From: Cellvibrionales bacterium UBA1963
GTDB taxonomy: Bacteria > Pseudomonadota > Gammaproteobacteria > Pseudomonadales > UBA7434
NCBI GenBank assembly: GCA_002336035.1
Contig: DDED01000073.1
Location: 3,799-67,798, forward strand
Length of the DNA stretch: 64,000 bases
Direction: 5' to 3'
Shown: positions 52,898 to 60,470 of the stretch, one piece after another
Layout of the letters: the number at the start of each line of letters is the position of its first letter
Position numbering within the stretch: the first letter of the stretch is position 1
Notes under the pieces: generated by a model
What the model was told of the DNA's origin: nothing
Seen by the model: the letters and a program-made list of their open reading frames with translations, nothing else
Databases searched by the model: none
Position numbers and translations under genes: made by a program

Positions 52898-54151
52898 TTG
52901 GTACGAGCGCCCTACTTTCATTCCAATGTAAATTATTCTAAGGCAGGATATTTTTTTCTTCTGATTTTTTCTTTTTTAGCCTTTTCAGGTATTAGTCCTG
53001 CACTAGAAAGAATTTCATTTTTTATTTTGTTGTGCATTACATTAGCCAACTTCAATCGTTTTAGCTTTAAAAAGATTAATCCGATTCTTTTATTAAGCTT
53101 CACTTGGTTTATATACATATGGCTTAATACTTTTTTTCATCTTGCTGTAAACGATTTTTTAGTATTTTCTGATAGAGCAACTCTCTTGAATCGAGGGAAA
53201 GATTGGTCATTGATCGCCTTTTTCCCAATTGTGTCGCTGTTTCTGAATAGCGATCAACGCAGAAGTACTTTTATTTTATTTGCCGGAATTGGATTGCTCG
53301 CTTCAATCATATTATCATTCAAAAATTTAAATATTGTTGATTTTTTTCATATCCAAGCGCGCTATGGATCCACGCACTCCATTAATCACTTTGCCTTATT
53401 TATCGGAACCGCATTAATTGGCGCTGTTGTATTTGGCTCTCAACTTCTTGAAAAAAATAAGTATGGATTTTTTTTATCCATATTAGTCGCTTCTTTTTCT
53501 ACTTTTCTTTTAGTTAAAACCCAATCAAGAATGTCATGGTTGGCAATTTCATTCGTCATGATTTTCATTTTTCTTATGTTTTATTTTTTTAAAAAAAAGG
53601 GCTCAAAAAAACCATCAATTATCAATTTTGCTTTTATTCTGCTACCCTGTTTTTTTGTGATTTTGTTTTCACAATCTATTTTAGAGTATCGGCTTAGCGC
53701 CAAAGAGCCAGTCATTCGACATGGCATTGTCTCGGCAGATCATTCTATCAATGGCCGTGTTGAATTATTCAAATTTGGTTATGAAAAATGGCTTGAAAAG
53801 CCATTTTTTGGACATGGGCCCATAGATTCTAAAATCTTAATCTCCCAATCAGGTAGCAATTATATAAGTGAGCTATGGCACTTACATAATACTTATCTTG
53901 AAGTCATAGTTTGCTGGGGCATTGTTGGGCTTGTTTTATGTGCAATCACAATATTTTTACTCCTGAAATCTGTTTTTTTAAGCTTGCTCAGAAATGAGGC
54001 CTCACCGATACACTGCTTATTCTTTTTATCATCGATATTATATTGGTTACTCTGGCTAGTAGCAGAGTTTAATATTTATCGGGATACTGGACAATATTAT
54101 TGGCTAATGTTAGCCGGATTAGGCTATAGTATTTATCAAAAAAATAATTGA
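52898..54151 (+). CDS. waaL: O-antigen ligase family protein (Wzy_C domain)
   Basis: 417 aa, about 10-12 TM helices. AGGAG RBS followed by a TTG start. A periplasmic loop followed by WHLHNTYLEVIVCWGIVGL, typical of the ligase family. Confidence 0.75.
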   Translation: MVRAPYFHSNVNYSKAGYFFLLIFSFLAFSGISPALERISFFILLCITLANFNRFSFKKINPILLLSFTWFIYIWLNTFFHLAVNDFLVFSDRATLLNRGKDWSLIAFFPIVSLFLNSDQRRSTFILFAGIGLLASIILSFKNLNIVDFFHIQARYGSTHSINHFALFIGTALIGAVVFGSQLLEKNKYGFFLSILVASFSTFLLVKTQSRMSWLAISFVMIFIFLMFYFFKKKGSKKPSIINFAFILLPCFFVILFSQSILEYRLSAKEPVIRHGIVSADHSINGRVELFKFGYEKWLEKPFFGHGPIDSKILISQSGSNYISELWHLHNTYLEVIVCWGIVGLVLCAITIFLLLKSVFLSLLRNEASPIHCLFFLSSILYWLLWLVAEFNIYRDTGQYYWLMLAGLGYSIYQKNN

Positions 54152-54287
54152 TGCCCGTTTTTCTCTGCTCATTACTTTCTTATAAATTGATAAAACTTCT
54201 TCCCCAAAAATGCGATAATCCAGAAGAATGTAATTATTTTTTATTTATTTTTCAGGATCATTACTTATTCCACTGTAACATTGATTT

Positions 54288-55346
54288 ATGAATAATGAGC
54301 CCTCTAACCATATCAAGCTTATTCTTGGCAACGCCAACAAACGCTTTTCTGGCGTTACCTCGACCATGCTGCAAGTATTAAGCCGTCAAGAAAAACTCAC
54401 TCAAGTGACTGTACTGGGTAAACATTTTTTACCCGAGCACATCCAAGCAATGAACTTTTTTGCTTTAGCGAGGCTTTGCTATAAGCCCTTGCCGAACGGC
54501 CAATGGCGTGTTTTTCATGCGCGCCGCAACGATGAGATGATCCAGGCACTGCTGTTAAAGTGGGTGTTTCGCGCGAAATTAAAAATTGCTTTTACTTCTA
54601 CCGCTCAACGGCATCATAGCCGGTTGACGAAATTTTTAATGCGACAGATGGATTCGATTATATCGACCTGCTCGGCTGCGGCCAGCTATCTCGATGCACC
54701 GCCGGATATTATCATCCCCCACGGTATCGATACTCACACTTTTTTTCCCGCTGAGAATAGAGAAGACTGCTGGAGGGAACTGGGCTTACCAGGTAGGTAC
54801 GGCATCGGTATTTTTGGTCGTATTCGCCCACAAAAGGGCTTAGACCGTTTAATTGACGCCGTCATACCGCTACTTCCCAACCAGCCTGATTTTACCGTTG
54901 TGATTACCGGCCAAATTCAACGCCAAGACCAAGCTTATTTCGACCAGCAAATGCAAAAAATCAAACAAGCGGGGCTTGAAAAGCAGGTTCACTATTTAGG
55001 CGAACTGCCTTTTTCTGACATGCCGAAGGTGATACGTTCTATGACTTTAGTCGCCGCATTAAGTCGAAATGAAGGTTTCGGACTCACTGTCATCGAAGCC
55101 ATGGCCAGTGGCGCTGCCGTCATCGCCAGTGATGCCGGTGCCTGGCCCGATATTATTCGCCAAGGCGTCGATGGCTACTCTGTAAGCGGCAACCAACAAG
55201 CCATCAATAGCACATTAAAAAGTCTGTTAGATTCACCACAATTATTGCTTGAAATGGGCGCAGAAGCACGTCAACATGCCGAGCAACATTACAGCATCGA
55301 TCGAGAAGCGCAGCAGTTAACTGATCATTTATTGTCTCTACAGTGA
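54288..55346 (+). CDS. Glycosyltransferase family 4 (LPS core)
   Basis: 352 aa. GRIRPQKG...SRNEGFGLTVIEAMASGAAVIASDAGAWPDII. Confidence 0.85.
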   Translation: MNNEPSNHIKLILGNANKRFSGVTSTMLQVLSRQEKLTQVTVLGKHFLPEHIQAMNFFALARLCYKPLPNGQWRVFHARRNDEMIQALLLKWVFRAKLKIAFTSTAQRHHSRLTKFLMRQMDSIISTCSAAASYLDAPPDIIIPHGIDTHTFFPAENREDCWRELGLPGRYGIGIFGRIRPQKGLDRLIDAVIPLLPNQPDFTVVITGQIQRQDQAYFDQQMQKIKQAGLEKQVHYLGELPFSDMPKVIRSMTLVAALSRNEGFGLTVIEAMASGAAVIASDAGAWPDIIRQGVDGYSVSGNQQAINSTLKSLLDSPQLLLEMGAEARQHAEQHYSIDREAQQLTDHLLSLQ

Positions 55347-55408
55347 TTTGCATCGGTCATTAACCTACAGTTTCTTGGCATTCATTCAGCGTGTTTCGAT
55401 TACATTAA

Positions 55409-56338
55409 TTGAGGTCAGATAAGATTTCACCTACGCCAACACATTCTTCCCTATACCATCCGCGGCATTGGTTTAGCTGGTTGGCTATTTTTATGGTGCG
55501 GCTAATCACTTGCTTACCGTTTGGCGTTCAAAAAAAAATCGGTACCGCTTTAGCTTATACCGTATTATTTGTTAGCGCCAAGCGTCGGCATATTGTTCAA
55601 ACGAATGTTCGTCTTTGCTTTCCAGAACTGAGCGATTCAGAGCAGCGAGCGTTCGTGCGTGATATTTTTATCGCCAACAGCATTGGCTTTTTCGAAATCG
55701 CCTCTGCTTGGTGGGCCAACCCAAACTCCTTAGCCGATCGCTTTACTGTTGAGGGCCTCGAACATATTGAAGCCGCTAAAAAAGACGGGCATGGGGTATT
55801 ACTAATCAGTGGTCATTTTGTTCACCTAGACCTCTGTGGCATCTTTATCAACCATGTTACGCCGATTGATGTGGTCTATCGACCTAATAACAACCCCGTA
55901 ATGGAACAGGTGATTACCCAAGGCCGGCAACGTTTTTTTGATGCTGTGCTTGACCGATCGAATGTGCGCACCATAGTTAAACGCTTACGGGCAGGAAAAA
56001 CCGTGTGGTATTCGCCCGATCAAGACTTTGGTCGAAAACATGTTGTGTTTGCGCCGTTCTTTGGCGTCAATGCAGCCACCATTACGGCGCCTGCGCGCCT
56101 GCTCGCTATGGGTAACGCGAAAGCGGTGGGAGCAAGCTTTTATCGGGATAATGTCAGCAACCAATACCGGCTGACTTTTCACCCCATTGACCCCAGCTTT
56201 CCAAGCGGCGATGACTTCCAAGATTCCTTGCTAATTAATCGCTTACTTGAAGATTGGATCCGCCAACAGCCGGACCAGTATATGTGGGTTCATCGCCGTT
56301 TCAAAACCCGACCAGAAGGCGAAAGTTCACTGTATTAA
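55409..56338 (+). CDS. lpxL: Lipid A biosynthesis lauroyl/late acyltransferase
   Basis: 309 aa. LYHPRHWFSWL, SGHFVHLD (HX4D), YMWVHRRFKTRPEG; close in pattern to E. coli LpxL. TTG start. Confidence 0.88.
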   Translation: MRSDKISPTPTHSSLYHPRHWFSWLAIFMVRLITCLPFGVQKKIGTALAYTVLFVSAKRRHIVQTNVRLCFPELSDSEQRAFVRDIFIANSIGFFEIASAWWANPNSLADRFTVEGLEHIEAAKKDGHGVLLISGHFVHLDLCGIFINHVTPIDVVYRPNNNPVMEQVITQGRQRFFDAVLDRSNVRTIVKRLRAGKTVWYSPDQDFGRKHVVFAPFFGVNAATITAPARLLAMGNAKAVGASFYRDNVSNQYRLTFHPIDPSFPSGDDFQDSLLINRLLEDWIRQQPDQYMWVHRRFKTRPEGESSLY

Positions 56339-56440
56339 CCTTTTTTGGGCCTATCTTTGTTGGGCTAGGGATGGGCAAGACAGCGTTTCTTTCATATAAT
56401 AAATGATTGCTTCAGCATAGATTTTTCTAGGATCAAAACC

Positions 56441-57520
56441 ATGAGTCATTACCGTATCAGCCCAGATGTTATGCCTACTTTGGCGGGCTTCTCTCTACCT
56501 GAAGAGCTTGGCTTCGGAGAGGTCAAGGTTCCCATCATGTACCGAGCCGATTACGCTAACGGCGAGTGGCAACCCGCTCAACTCACACCCTATGGCAATA
56601 TTGAAATAGACCCAGCCGCCAAAGTATTGCACTACGCCCAAGAAGTTTTTGAAGGTTTGAAGGCTTACCGCGTGGGCAGTCAACGCGCCAATTTTTTTCG
56701 TCCGCTAGAAAACCTCAAGCGCATTAATCGCTCTGCAGAGCGAATGTGTATGATCGATATTCCAGAATCTATCTGGATGGACGGCATTAGCTTAATGACG
56801 GCTTACAGTGAACCGTTTATTCCTAACGGATCGGGAAAGTCGCTTTACTTACGGCCGTTCTTAATCGGTACTAAATCCAATCTAGGCATGGGAATATCAG
56901 ACAGTTTCACCTTTATGGTCATTGCTAGCCCGTCAACGATTTACCATGCCGGCCATATGAAGATTCAAATTGAACGCGAGGCCTGCCGTGCTGCTCGCGG
57001 CGGCACAGGCGCCGCTAAAACGGGTGGTAACTATGCCGCAGCGCTACAATCGGCACAACAGGTTCAGCGTCGCGGCTATGACCAGTCACTCTGGTTAGAC
57101 CCTGTAGAAATGAAATACATTGAAGAGCTATCTGGGATGAATTTCTTTATTCTGCAAAACGGTGAATTGCATACCCCTATACTCAACGGCTCATTCTTAG
57201 CGGGTATTACGCGCGACTCGTTAATCACTTTAGCCAACCACAAAGGCATTACCGTCATCGAACGCGATATTGCTATTCAAGAAGTCCTAAACGGTATTGA
57301 AACCGGCGCAGTGAGTGAAATCTTTGCCTGTGGAACCGCAGCGATAGTCAGTCCCGTCAGCGTAATCGCTGATGCCGATGGCAGCACTTATAATGTTGCC
57401 AATGTTGATCAATTAGCCGCTGACTTACGCCAATCACTGCTGGCCATTCAGGAAGGCCGTGAAGCTGACCCCTTTTCATGGACATCCACAGTTAAAGAAG
57501 CCTACTATCCAAACGTTTAA
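56441..57520 (+). CDS. ilvE: Branched-chain amino acid aminotransferase (long, class IV)
   Basis: 359 aa. LHYAQEVFEGLKAYR, YLRPF, GGTGAAKTGGNYAA, GITRDS. Confidence 0.9.
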   Translation: MSHYRISPDVMPTLAGFSLPEELGFGEVKVPIMYRADYANGEWQPAQLTPYGNIEIDPAAKVLHYAQEVFEGLKAYRVGSQRANFFRPLENLKRINRSAERMCMIDIPESIWMDGISLMTAYSEPFIPNGSGKSLYLRPFLIGTKSNLGMGISDSFTFMVIASPSTIYHAGHMKIQIEREACRAARGGTGAAKTGGNYAAALQSAQQVQRRGYDQSLWLDPVEMKYIEELSGMNFFILQNGELHTPILNGSFLAGITRDSLITLANHKGITVIERDIAIQEVLNGIETGAVSEIFACGTAAIVSPVSVIADADGSTYNVANVDQLAADLRQSLLAIQEGREADPFSWTSTVKEAYYPNV

Positions 57521-57569
57521 CTCACTCGGCTATTGCTCACCGTTAAGCTTGATTAAATGAGGTTAGAGA

Positions 57570-58073
57570 ATGACTGTTAAAACCGACATCACTGACTCGC
57601 TACTATCCATCCATCAACGCTTAACGCAGTTAGAAGCCGTTAATGCGATTAAAACCTTAAAAGCCACTTATCTGATGGCCTGCGACACCAAAGATCCGAC
57701 ACTGATGCGCGACTGCTTTGTTAACGATAAACTAGTGATAGATTACGGGCCCGTCGGTCAATTCAATCATCGCGAACAATTGGTTGAAATTTTCACTGAA
57801 ATCGGTTGCCACTCTCACATGCTGGAAAGCCACCATGGCCACAATCCCATCATTGAACTCATTGATGATCATTACGCCAAAGGGAGTTGGGAACTGGCCT
57901 ACCAAGTGCTGAATAGCCGTGAAAAAACACTCACACAAATCGCCATGATTTACCGTGACGAATACCGCTGCGTCAACGGCGAATGGAAGATAAGTATGAC
58001 GGTCACACAGACACTCTCAACCTTAGTGTACGACATTAGCAGTGAACAGCCTGTGCTGGTGCATGCAGCCTAG
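57570..58073 (+). CDS. SnoaL-like / NTF2-fold protein
   Basis: 167 aa. LEAVNAIKTLKATYLMACDTKD...F..D...DYGP pattern, typical of SnoaL_4-type proteins. Confidence 0.55.
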   Translation: MTVKTDITDSLLSIHQRLTQLEAVNAIKTLKATYLMACDTKDPTLMRDCFVNDKLVIDYGPVGQFNHREQLVEIFTEIGCHSHMLESHHGHNPIIELIDDHYAKGSWELAYQVLNSREKTLTQIAMIYRDEYRCVNGEWKISMTVTQTLSTLVYDISSEQPVLVHAA

Positions 58074-58082
58074 CGTATTAAG

Positions 58083-60470
58083 TTATTGGGTTGCTGTTCT
58101 GTGACGATAAGCGCCTAAAGCCAATAATGGCATCAGTAACCAAAAGAGGCCCCCTGCAGCCATGGCGGGTACGCGTCGGGCAAGGGGTTCATCCGAAAGG
58201 CTGAAGGCCTCAATAGAAGCCATCACTTTATCTCTATCGCTAGCATCTTGATAATCACCACCAAAGGCTTGCTCTACCGCATTGGTAAAACCGTCGCCGT
58301 CAATATCGCTATCGCACGCATCACCCAAACTATCGGCATCAAGATTGGCTTGGTCAGCATTAGCCATATCAACACAATTATCTAAACTATTAAGTACCGT
58401 ATCACCATCATTGTCTTGATCGATAGTAATCGTGATCGTTTGTTCTGTAGTGCCGCCCTTATCATCTGTCACCAAAACAATAAAAGTATCAACACCTAAA
58501 TAACGCTCATTGGCTCGATAAAACCAAGTGCCACTGAACAAATTAATGGTCGCTGTACCATAAGTCGGCTTTTCTGATATTGTAAAATAGCTACCATCCG
58601 TTAGGCCATTGACATCGGTAGCCAGCAAAGTTCCTCCTGCGGACGAGCCAAGCGCAATTGTATCGGAGACTGCCCCTGTAATAATAGACGGTGACTGGTG
58701 ACTTTTTAACTTGAATTCTTTTTGGGTGAAGACATATACCGCGCCTTTTTCTCTGTCATCCAATTTAGCGCCAATTAACAATGTGTCCTGGCTAATCGCA
58801 ACAGCTGAAACAAAAAAATATTTTTTATTCACCGTTAATTTTTGAGATTCCTGCCATTGACCTGCTTTATCTTTAGTAAAAATATAGGCACTATCAGCCG
58901 ACGCTATCAAGGCTTTATCTCCATAAAGATCAATTGATTTTCCAAAATCAGAAGCTGTTCTGTGTTGGATGGATTGAACCTCTCGCCATTGCCCATTGTG
59001 GCCCTTATGGAAAATATAAACTATGGGTCCTATAAAAAGTTTATGTGCTGTTATAAAAACAGTATCGCCTTCAATCGCAACCGAATAACCAAAATCATTG
59101 GTGTTACTGGGCGAGTCAATGGTCTGCTCTATAAGCCACTGGCCACTCAGACCCTTATGAAAGACATAGACTACGCCGCTATTCGTTGGGCCGCTTGCGC
59201 TGACAATCAATGTATCACCATCTGCCGCAATAGCACGACTAAAATTATCACCTACCAAACCGGTGATCGAACTGATCTTCTGCGTCTCGTTCCATTGCTG
59301 ATCACCGTCTTGATTAAAAACAGACACCGCGCCAGAATAACCAGCACTGAAGATAAAAGGCTCTTTAACCGCGCCAACGAACGCAATGTTTTCAGCAAGT
59401 GACACCGAGCGACCAAAACCCTTCATCTCAAGATCAATACTTAGAGGGCGCAATTGACCGTTTTCTTTCCACCGACCCTGAACGTCTTTACTAAACAAAT
59501 ACACCGAACCAGAATCATCAATCCTCGAACTATTTACGGCACCAATTAAAACGCGATCATTCTCAATCGCTACTGAGGCTCCAAATTGGTCATAGGACAC
59601 GCCATCATTGGCAGTTATGATGTGATCCTGGCTATGATATACATTAAGAATACTCGTATGGGTTTGTCCGTGACTGTTACTGCCCCAACACACGACACCG
59701 GTTTCGTCGATAGCGCAAGTATGATTGTGACCGGCAGAAATTTCATCAGGTTTCGATAATTCAGGGACACTGCTTTGACCGTTAACATTATTTCCCCAAC
59801 AGACGACACCACTGTCATCTAATGCGCAAGTATGAAAGCCACCGGCAGAAACGCTGCGGGGATTAGATAACGTGGGCGGTGTCGCTTGGCCTCTATCATT
59901 GCCGCCCCAACACACCACACCGGTATCGTCCAATGCACAACTATGATAAAAACCGGCGGTTAACTTAATAGGGTTTGAGAGCAAAGGCGCGTTTGTTTGG
60001 CCGTCGTGGTTATAGCCCCAGCATTGCACTTGTCCCTCATCAATCGCACAACTATGATAATAACCCACACTGACCTGGCTCGGGCTGACCAAATCGGGCG
60101 GGTTGGCTTGACCGCTATAATTAGATCCCCAGCAATGCACACCAACCGTATCGATCGCACAACTATGGTATTGACCAGCAGCAACTTGAGTGGGGTTTAA
60201 TAACGAAGGCGACGATGTCTGACCATCATTATTAGTCCCCCAACAAACCACACCGGTGTCATCTAATGCACAACTATGGTAACCACCGGTTGATAGTAGA
60301 CGAGGGGTTTGTAAATGAGGAGCTTCATTAAGGCCATCGCGAGTCTCGCCCCAGCACAACGAACGTAATTCACCCATCGCACAACTACTGTTATAACCGG
60401 CACTTAAAAAGGGTTCGGCAAAAACAGCGCTTGCCATGCAGCCTATAACGATAACAATGAATAACCTCAT
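58083..60470 (-). CDS. Secreted/anchored double-propeller protein: 7 short RCC1-like repeats, ~6 FG-GAP-like repeats, a cadherin/Ig-like domain, TSP type-3 repeats and a C-terminal anchor tail
   Basis: 795 aa. Signal peptide MRLFIVIVIGCMASAVFA|EP. A 38-aa repeat YHSCALDDTGVVCWG.N..GQ occurs 7 times. FG.SVAI.GDT.LIGA...G.VYVF occurs about 6 times. DNCVDMANADQANLDADSLGDACDSDIDGDGF. Tail RRVPAMAAGGLFWLLMPLLALGAYRHRTATQ. Confidence 0.8.
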   Translation of the reverse strand: MRLFIVIVIGCMASAVFAEPFLSAGYNSSCAMGELRSLCWGETRDGLNEAPHLQTPRLLSTGGYHSCALDDTGVVCWGTNNDGQTSSPSLLNPTQVAAGQYHSCAIDTVGVHCWGSNYSGQANPPDLVSPSQVSVGYYHSCAIDEGQVQCWGYNHDGQTNAPLLSNPIKLTAGFYHSCALDDTGVVCWGGNDRGQATPPTLSNPRSVSAGGFHTCALDDSGVVCWGNNVNGQSSVPELSKPDEISAGHNHTCAIDETGVVCWGSNSHGQTHTSILNVYHSQDHIITANDGVSYDQFGASVAIENDRVLIGAVNSSRIDDSGSVYLFSKDVQGRWKENGQLRPLSIDLEMKGFGRSVSLAENIAFVGAVKEPFIFSAGYSGAVSVFNQDGDQQWNETQKISSITGLVGDNFSRAIAADGDTLIVSASGPTNSGVVYVFHKGLSGQWLIEQTIDSPSNTNDFGYSVAIEGDTVFITAHKLFIGPIVYIFHKGHNGQWREVQSIQHRTASDFGKSIDLYGDKALIASADSAYIFTKDKAGQWQESQKLTVNKKYFFVSAVAISQDTLLIGAKLDDREKGAVYVFTQKEFKLKSHQSPSIITGAVSDTIALGSSAGGTLLATDVNGLTDGSYFTISEKPTYGTATINLFSGTWFYRANERYLGVDTFIVLVTDDKGGTTEQTITITIDQDNDGDTVLNSLDNCVDMANADQANLDADSLGDACDSDIDGDGFTNAVEQAFGGDYQDASDRDKVMASIEAFSLSDEPLARRVPAMAAGGLFWLLMPLLALGAYRHRTATQ
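59655..60401 (-). repeat. Seven tandem ~114-bp coding repeats (RCC1-like blades)
   Basis: The periodicity is seen in the protein: the CWG motif recurs at aa ~39, 76, 113, 150, 187, 224, 261. The DNA copies have diverged. Coordinates are approximate. Confidence 0.7.

Noticed and set aside
43239-54287. The possibility that the AT-rich glycosyltransferase block is a mobile genomic island or a defence island.
   Set aside because: I found no integrase, transposase, flanking tRNA, direct-repeat borders, or nuclease/helicase/RT-type genes. All the ORFs look like glycan-synthesis genes. Homologous-recombination exchange of an LPS cassette is the simpler explanation.
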